DNA of 64,000 nt from an uncultured Rickettsiales bacterium (lineage in GTDB: Bacteria > Pseudomonadota > Alphaproteobacteria > Rickettsiales > UBA1997), in contig CAJQHK010000001.1 in NCBI GenBank assembly GCA_905478165.1, positions 2,754 through 66,753 of the forward strand, written 5' to 3'. Positions 26,565 to 35,517 of this stretch are shown here, one piece after another. A program made the position numbers and the translations under genes. A model generated the notes under the pieces. The model was given only the letters and a program-made list of their open reading frames with translations, did not search any database and had not been told where the DNA came from. How positions within the stretch are numbered: the stretch's first letter is position 1; every line of letters begins with the position of its first letter.

Positions 26565-28856
26565 ATGAATTGGTCAATATTTTCTCGCACCACTCCAATC
26601 ACTACATTTGCCCTTAATGCAATATTAACCATATTCTTTTTTGCCAATCACTCCTTTGCTGAAATTATAATTTCTGGCAACCAAAGAACGGATGATTCTG
26701 TAATTAAATCCGTAATCTCTGACAATAATATAAAATCTGGTAAAATATCTGACATTAATCAGGCACTAAAAGATCTATATAAGAGTGATTTATTTTTAGA
26801 TATTGATATCTACAAGGAAGATAAAGATATCATTATTAAAGTCATAGAAAATCCAATAATTTTGGACATTAAGTTTAAAAATAATAAAAAAATTGATGAT
26901 GAAATTTTGGAGTCGGAAATTTCATTAAAAAAGGGTAGTTTCTATAGTAAAAATACATTGAAATCTGATATCAAAAGAATCAATGATATTTATATAAAAA
27001 GCGGAAGGTTCTTAACGAGGATTGACCCTAAAATAATTCAAAAAGAAGATAATAGAATTGAGTTAATTTTCGATATCTTTGAAGGAAAAAAAGCAAAAAT
27101 TGCTAAAATTAGCATCGTTGGTAATCAAAATTATTCTGATCAAAGTTTACTTGACGAAATTACAACCAAACAATCAAAATGGTATAAAATATTTGGCACA
27201 AATGATGTTTATGATTCAGATAGGGTAGAATTTGACAAGGAAAAGTTGCGCATATTTTATACCAACAGAGGATATGCAGATTTTGAAGCAATCTCTGCAA
27301 TAGCTCAAATTGCAACAACTAAAGATAGGTTTTTTATCTCATTTTTACTATCTGAAGGTATAAAATATAATTTTGGCAAAAGTAAGGTAGTCAATAATAT
27401 TAAAAATCTTGACACCAGATTACTAGAAAAGCAAATTCACCTTAAGGAAGGAGGGGTCTATAGTGGTAAATTGGCAGATGAAGTTGTAGACAAAATGGTT
27501 AAGATCATGTCCGACAATGGCTACGCTTTTAGTCATGTAGTGCAAACTCTAGAGCGCGATAAAGTTGGCAATATAATAAATATTAAATTTATTGTTAATG
27601 AAACTCCTAAAATCTATATTAATTCTATTAATATCTCAGGAAACGACAGAACAAAGGATAGTGTTTTGCGGAGAGAACTGCGTATTAGCGAGGGAGACCC
27701 ATATAATTTAACAAAAATTAATCGATCAAGACAAAGATTAATGAATCTTGGATTTTTTGAAAATGTTAAGCTCGACACCAAGAGAGTTTCTGGTGACAAA
27801 ATTGACTTAAATATTCAGGTCAGTGAGAAAAAAACTGGAGAATTAAACTTTGGTATTGGCTATTCCACCGTAGATAAAATAAATGGCAATATTGGTATGA
27901 AGGAAAATAATCTATTCGGCACCGGTCAAGAGTTGGGAATTAATTCTAGAATCTCATCTTATAGCACGAGCAACGAGATTAGCTATTCTAAACCCTGGCT
28001 TTTTGATAGAGAACTTAAGGGCGGAGTTAGTGTTTTCAACAATGAGGTTGATAGTTACAACACGGTATCTTATAACCAAAAAACAAAAGGAGCCACGTTG
28101 AGCGCCACCTACCCAGTCTTGGAATATATTACTCATCAAATCTTATATTCATATCAGGATAATCAGATTGGCTACTCAAATAGCGCCTCCATGGTTATTT
28201 CTGAATTAATTGGTCAATATTCAACATCATCCATTGCTCACACAATATCTTTAGACAAGAGAGATAATAGAATCAAACCAACAAGAGGATATCACATCAG
28301 CCTATCACAAAAAAGAGCTGGTATTGATGGGGATATCAAATATTTTAAAAATGACTTAACTGCCGGATATTATATTCCAATTATAAACGAAGATTGGGTA
28401 GTAAAGTTTATTGGAAAATATGGATATATTGATGGTATAGGGCAAGATGTCAGAATTAATGACAACTTCTTTCTTGGCGGTTATAATTTTAGAGGCTTTG
28501 AGTATGGCGGCGTTGGACCAAGAATAAAAAATGATGATGGCTCCTATGGAGATCCGGTTGGTGGAAAATTATATTATACAGGAACTGCAGAATTAAAATT
28601 TCCAACTGGGTTACCAAAAGAAATTGGCATAAATACCTCTTTATTTATTGATGCCGGAACAGTTAAAATAGTTGACAAAGGAATTAAGAGTAATGTTGAT
28701 ATTGTGGATTCTGGATCTATTAGGTCTAGCTACGGACTTAGTCTTAGCTGGTCCTCTCCTCTTGGACCTATTAGACTAGATTTTGCCAAAATCATAAAGC
28801 AAGAAGAGTACGATGAAAGTGAAGGTTTTAGGTTTAGTTTTGGTAATTATTTTTAA
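26565..28856 (+). CDS. bamA: outer membrane protein assembly factor BamA
   Basis: 763 aa. A signal peptide is followed by repeated POTRA-like modules. The C-terminal Omp85 barrel ends in FRFSFGNYF. Confidence 0.9.
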   Translation: MNWSIFSRTTPITTFALNAILTIFFFANHSFAEIIISGNQRTDDSVIKSVISDNNIKSGKISDINQALKDLYKSDLFLDIDIYKEDKDIIIKVIENPIILDIKFKNNKKIDDEILESEISLKKGSFYSKNTLKSDIKRINDIYIKSGRFLTRIDPKIIQKEDNRIELIFDIFEGKKAKIAKISIVGNQNYSDQSLLDEITTKQSKWYKIFGTNDVYDSDRVEFDKEKLRIFYTNRGYADFEAISAIAQIATTKDRFFISFLLSEGIKYNFGKSKVVNNIKNLDTRLLEKQIHLKEGGVYSGKLADEVVDKMVKIMSDNGYAFSHVVQTLERDKVGNIINIKFIVNETPKIYINSINISGNDRTKDSVLRRELRISEGDPYNLTKINRSRQRLMNLGFFENVKLDTKRVSGDKIDLNIQVSEKKTGELNFGIGYSTVDKINGNIGMKENNLFGTGQELGINSRISSYSTSNEISYSKPWLFDRELKGGVSVFNNEVDSYNTVSYNQKTKGATLSATYPVLEYITHQILYSYQDNQIGYSNSASMVISELIGQYSTSSIAHTISLDKRDNRIKPTRGYHISLSQKRAGIDGDIKYFKNDLTAGYYIPIINEDWVVKFIGKYGYIDGIGQDVRINDNFFLGGYNFRGFEYGGVGPRIKNDDGSYGDPVGGKLYYTGTAELKFPTGLPKEIGINTSLFIDAGTVKIVDKGIKSNVDIVDSGSIRSSYGLSLSWSSPLGPIRLDFAKIIKQEEYDESEGFRFSFGNYF

Positions 28857-28866
28857 TAAATAAGTG

Positions 28867-29226
28867 ATGAAAAATCAAAGACAACTACAAATAGGAGAAA
28901 AAATAAAAAGACACCTAGGAAAGGTTTTCGCAAGTGATGCTAATTTAATTTTATCCGATGGTCACAACATTACTATCAGCCAAGTTGATATTAGTCCAGA
29001 TCTAAAGAATATGAGAATTATTATTGACTCATTTAGTAAAATTAAAAAAGGAAATATTTTAAAAATTTTAGAGCAAGAATCTGGGTATATTAAAAATAAA
29101 ATTGCTAAGGAGATAAATTTAAGATCTATACCTAATATAAAATTCGTCTTTCATGAAAATAAAGATAATATTAACAATATAGAGCAGATTTTAATGGAAG
29201 AGGCGAAAAAATTTAATACTGATTAA
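28867..29226 (+). CDS. rbfA: ribosome-binding factor A
   Basis: About 119 aa of RbfA length and pattern (RQLQIGEKIKRHL..., ITISQVDISPDLKN). Confidence 0.78.
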   Translation: MKNQRQLQIGEKIKRHLGKVFASDANLILSDGHNITISQVDISPDLKNMRIIIDSFSKIKKGNILKILEQESGYIKNKIAKEINLRSIPNIKFVFHENKDNINNIEQILMEEAKKFNTD

Positions 29227-29446
29227 TGATTATAAAAAAAGAAAATCCAGTCCTTATTTATTAAAAATCAACACTAAATTCAACCCCCAATTCAAACAAA
29301 ATCGAACCTATCACGAAAACTGCGTAAATAACAATTTTATAATTTAAAGTTTTCTTTAAATTTTTATGAATTTATTTATATATAAATCGCGCCTCAAATA
29401 AGAAATAAACTGAACTCAAAAAGTAAGAATCAAGAGATGAAGAAAT

Positions 29447-30277
29447 TTAATAATCTATTACGCTGACTATATAAACTCTATTAACATCCTCCACCATCTT
29501 TGCGTAAACTTTCTCTCCTTTAATTGCGCTCACCTTACCAACTAATATGCCGTACGGCAAAGAATCCCCATCTCCAGAAGTAAAAATCATGTCACCTTCT
29601 TTTAGTCCATGATCCTTATCTAAATATAAAATTTCCATAATTTCATTACCCCTTCCTTTTAAAATTCCTCTGTTTTTACTTCCGGAAGTAATTATTGGAA
29701 GGTGGGAGTTGATATCGGTTGGCAATAATATCCGAGATTTACTTTCCCCAACCTGAGATATTCTACCAATCATCGCATATTTACCGACCACAACAGAGTC
29801 TTGTTTGATGCCATGGTTAGACCCGACCTCTACAAATATTGAGTCACTATATGTTTTATTTGACCTACCTATGATTCTGGAAGATTTATTGTTTGCAGAT
29901 CTCAAGCTAACGTAATTTGCCAGATCTTTTAAATATTGATTTTCTTCTTTTATTTTTAAAGATTCTAAGAGTTGTTGCTTTAGGTTTTCGTTATCTTTTT
30001 TTAGTAAATTATTTATTTCCCGACTTTTAACTAAGTCTTTAAAGTTAGATGGTACCCTAGATAGGTAGTTGAGAGGGTATGATACCACCTCCATAACTGG
30101 CAAGGTTATATTTACAAAAAACATCGAAACTTTATTTTCAAAATCTTTGCTTGCAAACCCCATCATTAGCAACAATATGGATAATGTAACAAACAACTTT
30201 ACTTCTATCTTGTTGTAAGTGGAAGAAATAATATAGTATATGCTGAAATTATTACGATAAAATGTATTATTACTCAT
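29447..30277 (-). CDS. mreC: rod shape-determining protein MreC
   Basis: 276 aa with an N-terminal TM helix, a coiled coil (LKKDNENLKQQLL) and the C-terminal beta domain pattern (GRISQVGESKSRILLPTD, IFTSGDGDSLPYGILVGKV). Confidence 0.85.
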   Translation of the reverse strand: MSNNTFYRNNFSIYYIISSTYNKIEVKLFVTLSILLLMMGFASKDFENKVSMFFVNITLPVMEVVSYPLNYLSRVPSNFKDLVKSREINNLLKKDNENLKQQLLESLKIKEENQYLKDLANYVSLRSANNKSSRIIGRSNKTYSDSIFVEVGSNHGIKQDSVVVGKYAMIGRISQVGESKSRILLPTDINSHLPIITSGSKNRGILKGRGNEIMEILYLDKDHGLKEGDMIFTSGDGDSLPYGILVGKVSAIKGEKVYAKMVEDVNRVYIVSVIDY

Positions 30278-31446
30278 GTTTCCAAAATGTATTTTGTAGC
30301 CATGTCTGTAGGACTATCTTTAAAGTTGATACCCATAGCAATTAGGGAATTTTTAGAATCCTTAATCTGCTTCAAACATAAATTATCATCTTCTAAAAAC
30401 CTTATTGCTTCATTTGCCAAATCTTTTGCATTGCATTTTTTCTGCAAAAACTCAGCTATTACCTCTTTTTTAGAGATAATATTAATTAAATTAGCAAATT
30501 TAATTTTAATCATCAATTTTATTAGATAATAGGTTAGATAATTTACTTTGTAAGTTATGATCATTGGTAATTGATATAAAGACATTTCGATATTATTTGT
30601 TCCAGATTTAGCTATAGCAAAATTAGCATCCGTAAATAATTCATACTTATCTTTCTGTCTCACAATGAGAACATTCACTTCACAATCTTTTAAATAATGT
30701 TGAATAAAACTCTCCACCTTATCTGTAACCAGAATAGCAAATGTGATTTGTTTTGAAAAATGTTGTTTTATGATTTTTGCTGCACCAACCAGGTGTGGTA
30801 AAATTTTTTTTACTTCAGATACTCTACTTCCCGCCGTTAAGACTATTAATTTTTCTTCATTTTTGATACTAAATTTTTTTCTAAAATGTCCTTTTTTACA
30901 TATCTGCTTATTTTGTAAAATTGGATGACCAACGAACTTGCTACTTAGTCCGTATTTTTCAAAAAATGGCGGCTCAAAAGGCAATATTGTTAACAATAAA
31001 TCATAAATTTTAGATATTTTTTGCGCCCTACCTTCTCGATAAGCCCAAACTGATGGCGCAATTAAGTGGCATTTTTTAATATGAGATAAATCTTTATCAG
31101 TCGCTATTTTTTTTACCACTCGAAAAGAAAAATCTGGAGAATCAATTGAAATTACAATATCAGGATTAATTTCTTTAATCCTTTGGGCGGTAAAGTTAAT
31201 TCTTTTAATTAATTTTGGTATATGGGGAATAATTTCTAAGAAACCCATTAAAGATAATTCCGAAATTGAAAAAATAGACTTAATTCCCAATTTTTTCATC
31301 CTACTTCCACCTAAGCCAAAAAACTCTACATCACTTTCGTTTACTAGGCTACTTACTAAGATAGATTTCATTAATTTTTCACCCAAAATATCACCAGACT
31401 CCTCTCCCAAAACAAAGAATATCTTTAATTTGTTAGATTTGTTCAT
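30274..31446 (-). CDS. lpxB: lipid-A-disaccharide synthase
   Basis: 390 aa with the N-terminal motif IFFVLGEESGD and GT19 length and pattern. Confidence 0.88.
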   Translation of the reverse strand: MNKSNKLKIFFVLGEESGDILGEKLMKSILVSSLVNESDVEFFGLGGSRMKKLGIKSIFSISELSLMGFLEIIPHIPKLIKRINFTAQRIKEINPDIVISIDSPDFSFRVVKKIATDKDLSHIKKCHLIAPSVWAYREGRAQKISKIYDLLLTILPFEPPFFEKYGLSSKFVGHPILQNKQICKKGHFRKKFSIKNEEKLIVLTAGSRVSEVKKILPHLVGAAKIIKQHFSKQITFAILVTDKVESFIQHYLKDCEVNVLIVRQKDKYELFTDANFAIAKSGTNNIEMSLYQLPMIITYKVNYLTYYLIKLMIKIKFANLINIISKKEVIAEFLQKKCNAKDLANEAIRFLEDDNLCLKQIKDSKNSLIAMGINFKDSPTDMATKYILET

Positions 31447-32074
31447 AATAAATAAAATTTCTTAATAGTTTAATTCCCGATTCGCCGCTTTTTTCTGGGT
31501 GAAACTGAGTAGCTACGATATTGTCTTTTGCAATGATGGCCACTAGATCTTGGCCATAAGATACCTTAGCAATTACATCATCATATTTTTTTGGCACAAA
31601 ATGATAACTGTGTACAAAATAAAAATGTTCATAATTCTTTATGCCCTCTAATATATAATGGTCTTGGCATATATTTAACTCATTCCAGCCGATATGAGGT
31701 ATTTTTAATTCATCATTATGATTATCAATCTTAATGACCTTACCAGGAATAAACCCTAAGCCTAAATTTTTACCATATTCATGACCAAAATCAGCTAATA
31801 GTTGCATCCCAACACAAATTCCAAGAAAGGGTTTTTTTTTAACTAGAACCTCTTCCCTTAAGATGTCTGTCATTTTTTCAATCTTAGATAATGATCCTAT
31901 GCAATCGGCAAAAGCACCGACTCCAGGCAGGATAATTTTATTAGATTTTTTAAGATCTTCCGGATCAGAAGAGATTTGAAATTTATAATGCTCAGTATCT
32001 ATTAAAGTTAAGGCGTTATAAACAGACCTAAGATTTCCAGATCCGTAATCAATGATTGTAACTATTTTTTTCAT
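31433..32074 (-). CDS. hisH: imidazole glycerol phosphate synthase glutaminase subunit HisH-type amidotransferase
   Basis: 213 aa with IIDYGSGNLRSV, GICVGMQLL and FHPEKSG. It overlaps the lpxB start by 14 nt. Confidence 0.85.
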   Translation of the reverse strand: MKKIVTIIDYGSGNLRSVYNALTLIDTEHYKFQISSDPEDLKKSNKIILPGVGAFADCIGSLSKIEKMTDILREEVLVKKKPFLGICVGMQLLADFGHEYGKNLGLGFIPGKVIKIDNHNDELKIPHIGWNELNICQDHYILEGIKNYEHFYFVHSYHFVPKKYDDVIAKVSYGQDLVAIIAKDNIVATQFHPEKSGESGIKLLRNFIYYEQI

Positions 32075-32092
32075 TGTAGGTGGGAATTGATT

Positions 32093-32821
32093 TTATTCAT
32101 GCCAAAAAGAGCCAAAATATTTATAATTAGTGCCGTAAAACATACTACTTGACATGGCGCCCTTTCCTTCCCCACCATCAGCAGTGCTACTTCTAGTAAA
32201 ATCAAAAACAGAGCTAAAAATGTTATTATCAGCAACAGATTGGTTAAGCCCAAAACCCAAATTTTCATTTTTACCAACAATTGTGTTATCAACACTTCCA
32301 AGACTCCAATCAAAGTAACTAGGGCTTACAATATATTCGTCAGATCCGGCATCATTAATAAATCTTATAATATAGTTAAAGCAAAAACCATAACCCCTAG
32401 AAACTGCAAATTTATATTCAGAATCATCTATTAATCTTGGGTCGTATTTAAAGCCTTTATATCTTGCTCTATAAAATGTATTGCCCCTAGAGCTCAACAC
32501 ACTTTCGCAACCATCTCGAAAACCCTTTTTAAATGTTGGTGTTCCTTCGGGGATTTTAATATTAGTACCCGAAAAAAAGGTTGTGTCAGCACCTCGAAAC
32601 CACTGACATCCAGATATAACAAGGGTTGCCACAAAGATCAAGTGAGCACTTCTAAAAAATCGGAAACAACACCACTTCTTATTTACAATATTGGGTAAGC
32701 AATAGCGTGATCTAGTTTTATCTTTTAAGACTCTAATTGCCAAAAAGCCTCGCACCCCATTAATATAGGATAATCGTTTTTTGACAATTTTAACCTTAAA
32801 ATATTTTGCTATATAGTGCAT
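32093..32821 (-). CDS. hypothetical lipoprotein; annotated 5' end is supplied by repeat copy C, so the true start is uncertain
   Basis: A lipobox LVISGC follows a hydrophobic stretch (AHLIFVATLVISGC). No family was recognised for the mature part. Codons 1 to about 51 lie inside the repeat at 32669-32840. Confidence 0.5.
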   Translation of the reverse strand: MHYIAKYFKVKIVKKRLSYINGVRGFLAIRVLKDKTRSRYCLPNIVNKKWCCFRFFRSAHLIFVATLVISGCQWFRGADTTFFSGTNIKIPEGTPTFKKGFRDGCESVLSSRGNTFYRARYKGFKYDPRLIDDSEYKFAVSRGYGFCFNYIIRFINDAGSDEYIVSPSYFDWSLGSVDNTIVGKNENLGFGLNQSVADNNIFSSVFDFTRSSTADGGEGKGAMSSSMFYGTNYKYFGSFWHE

Positions 32822-32840
32822 TACAAATGGAAAATGGTAT
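32669..32840 (-). repeat. palindromic TIR-bounded dispersed repeat, copy C
   Basis: Its reverse complement aligns with copies A and D. The identical 31-mer lies at 32779-32809. The termini acaccacttctt and aaatggaaaatggtat match the family ends. Confidence 0.85.
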
Positions 32841-33073
32841 AATTTATCGCCGCCATATTCAGGTCAGACTTAATATTGATAAGGTGATAATTTTTTTCAA
32901 ATTATTTTGCAACACCAACTTCCCCCCATAATAAGTCTCTGTGGAACCTAAAATCTCCTTTGATATTGTTCTATTTTTTAACTTTACGATACTCATTTGC
33001 CTTAAGTAAACTGCACTTCCAAATTTAAAAGAATCTCTGTGAATATTTTAATCTCAGACGGCTCCTAATTAAT

Positions 33074-34417
33074 CTAAAGTGGTAATATAATTTTTATACA
33101 TAAACCGCCGTAAGAACTTCTGCCAGCTGATATTTGCCCTCCATGAGAAGTTATGATGTCCTTAGCGATAGATAAGCCAAGACCCGTCCCTATTATATCA
33201 AGATTACGAGAATAGTCAAGCCTATAAAAAGGCCTGAATATTTTGTCTAAATCGCCATCCTCAACGCCTAAGCCATTATCACCTACCTCAATAATTATAT
33301 TATTCCTACTTCGTTTTGCAGAAATATATACATGATCCTTGGTGTATTTAACGGCATTGTCAATTACATTTCTAAGAGCTCTTTTTAAATTATTTGCCTT
33401 GCAAGATATTTTAATTTTTTCGCCAATTCTTCCTCTATAATCAATATTTTTATGAAGAGACTGATAAGAACTTACTATTTCATCAAAATATAATTTAGCA
33501 TTTATTTCACTACTATTCTCTGATTGATTTCCCTTATTAAATTCTAGATATTCATTTATCATCGATTCCATGTCTAATATATCAGACCCCAGATTAGAAA
33601 GTTGGTCATTTTTATCCATTAAAGCTATCTGCAACTTCATTCTTGTAAGTAACGTTCTAAGATCGTGAGAAACTCCTGATAGCATTAAAGTTCTTTGATT
33701 AATTTGACGACTTATCCTCCCTTTCATCTGAATTAAAGATATCCCAAGAGACCTGATTTCACTAGCACCTTTTATTTTAAAATTAACAACATCTACGCCC
33801 ATACCTAATTTTTGTGCGTTCCTTTTTAAAGATCTAATGGATTTTATTTGATTCTTTATAAATAATATTGAGATCAAAGAGGTTATGGTCGAAATTACTA
33901 TGATCCAAGCAATGAACACCCCCCTTCTCGAGGTAATAATTTTTTTCTTAGGTACGTTAAGTTTCAAAACATCATCTCCCATCTGCACTTCTATTGTAAC
34001 TCTGTTTTTATCTTGAGATGGATAAATTATAAATAACTCGATTTCGCCCCTTTTCAAGCTATCTCTTAAATAAGTGAATGAATCTATGATTGGAGATACA
34101 TTAATAAATCCTAAAAAATTTTTAGCTTTATAATTATAATATTTGGGGTGTATTTTTTTATGTCTAATAATTTCCGATGTAATTTCTGATTTTTTAGAAA
34201 AACTAGGAATTAATTCGGCATCCATATCTTTTTGATATATTTGATATATTAAGTATACTTGGCTAGACATTGATTCAGCCATGTGTTTATTAATATTGTT
34301 TATGTAGTTATAATAAAAAATATAAATAATGGTTATTTGAACTATAACTGATGGTATGAGTATTATTAATAAAAAACGATTCAATAATGATTTTGGTATA
34401 AATTTTTTGAGGAACAT
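33074..34417 (-). CDS. sensor histidine kinase (EnvZ/PhoR-like architecture)
   Basis: 447 aa with two TM helices. It has H-box SGVSHDLRT, N-box NVIDNAVKYT, G1 DNGLGV and G2 GTGLGLSIA. Confidence 0.82.
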   Translation of the reverse strand: MFLKKFIPKSLLNRFLLIILIPSVIVQITIIYIFYYNYINNINKHMAESMSSQVYLIYQIYQKDMDAELIPSFSKKSEITSEIIRHKKIHPKYYNYKAKNFLGFINVSPIIDSFTYLRDSLKRGEIELFIIYPSQDKNRVTIEVQMGDDVLKLNVPKKKIITSRRGVFIAWIIVISTITSLISILFIKNQIKSIRSLKRNAQKLGMGVDVVNFKIKGASEIRSLGISLIQMKGRISRQINQRTLMLSGVSHDLRTLLTRMKLQIALMDKNDQLSNLGSDILDMESMINEYLEFNKGNQSENSSEINAKLYFDEIVSSYQSLHKNIDYRGRIGEKIKISCKANNLKRALRNVIDNAVKYTKDHVYISAKRSRNNIIIEVGDNGLGVEDGDLDKIFRPFYRLDYSRNLDIIGTGLGLSIAKDIITSHGGQISAGRSSYGGLCIKIILPL

Positions 34418-34506
34418 ATTTATCTCTAAGTTAGTGAAGTGGTAAGATTTTTTGCTGATTTAGGGACAATAAGGGCAAATAAAAAATCTTCTTTAACTTA
34501 CACACT

Positions 34507-35451
34507 TTAAAGGCTGGAAATGGGGCCATACTTGTCAATAATACTAGTAATCTCATCTAAATTACTGTAAGAAATCGTAATTTTACCTTTATTTTTATTA
34601 GGGTTAAACTGAGATTTAATTTTAACATTAGAGCCTAGTATATTTTTTAATCTATCCGTTAAATATTGAGTCTTGCCGTCGCACTCATCAACAGTTATTT
34701 CCTTCGATTCTTTTGTCCCTTTTATATCCTTAGCTTTTTCAGGCGTAAATAGTTCTTCAGTCAAGTCAGAACACAAAACCTCAGTCTGCCTTACGGATAA
34801 AGACTCTGTAATAATTTTTTGGGCAATTTTAATTATATCGCTTCGATTCATGATCACCTTCACATGGCCCATACTTAACAACCGACCTTCAATCATCTCT
34901 TGAACCTCTAACGGCACAGTAAGTAACCTTAATAAATTTGCTACATGACTACGACTTTTGCCAATTTTTTGAGCTATATCTTTTTGAGAATAATAAAATT
35001 CTTCAATCAAACGCTTATAAGCCTTAGCTTCCTCTAAAATTAACAGATCCTCCCTTTGAATGTTTTCTAATATTCCAATAGCTAATGCTTGGTCACCATC
35101 AATGTCACGAATTATCGCTGGAACTTCTTTCAGTTCGGCCAGCTTAGCCGCTCTAAACCGCCTTTCGCCAGATATAATTTCATAAATATCTTGGTCCTTA
35201 CTGGCCTTTCTAATTATAATTGGCTGAATAATACCATACTCCTTGATAGACTCGCCTAACTCAGTGATTGTGTCATCGTTAAATTTTGATCTTGGCTGAT
35301 ATGTGCCAGCAATAATCTTGCTAACTGAAATCTGGTACACGGTAAAACCCCTGCCGACATTTGTCATTTTAACCCTGCCACTACTCATCCTCCTTTCTTC
35401 ACCAAGTAAAACTGAAAGACCTCGACCTAATTTTGGATGATTGCTAGACAT
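34507..35451 (-). CDS. parB: chromosome partitioning protein ParB
   Basis: 314 aa with an N-terminal LGRGLSVLL, the ParB box GERRFRAAKLA and an HTH (SQKDIAQKIGKSRSHVANLLRLL). Confidence 0.88.
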   Translation of the reverse strand: MSSNHPKLGRGLSVLLGEERRMSSGRVKMTNVGRGFTVYQISVSKIIAGTYQPRSKFNDDTITELGESIKEYGIIQPIIIRKASKDQDIYEIISGERRFRAAKLAELKEVPAIIRDIDGDQALAIGILENIQREDLLILEEAKAYKRLIEEFYYSQKDIAQKIGKSRSHVANLLRLLTVPLEVQEMIEGRLLSMGHVKVIMNRSDIIKIAQKIITESLSVRQTEVLCSDLTEELFTPEKAKDIKGTKESKEITVDECDGKTQYLTDRLKNILGSNVKIKSQFNPNKNKGKITISYSNLDEITSIIDKYGPISSL

Positions 35452-35517
35452 TATTTGATGATTCTTGTATAATTACATTACCTATATTAGATAATTTTAT
35501 TTAAATAACTAATTAAC

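Noticed and set aside
29227-29446. Possible mreD remnant downstream of mreC (minus-strand fragments such as IVIYAVFVIGSILFELGVEF).
   Set aside because: The fragments are short, interrupted and merely hydrophobic. There is no motif support, and 220 bp is far too little to argue homology by eye.
32071-32313. 80-aa ORF overlapping the 3' end of the lipoprotein gene in another frame.
   Set aside because: It lies almost entirely (32093-32313) within the longer ORF. Its hydrophobic Leu/Ile/Val-rich translation is typical of an out-of-frame reading of AT-rich sequence.
34418-35517. Search for parS palindromes around parB. A near-palindrome, tttacgtgtaaa, at about 10763 inside the AsmA-like gene was also examined.
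   Set aside because: No 16-bp TGTTTCACGTGAAACA-like site flanks parB. The 10.7-kb sequence is not a true palindrome and lacks the conserved half-sites.
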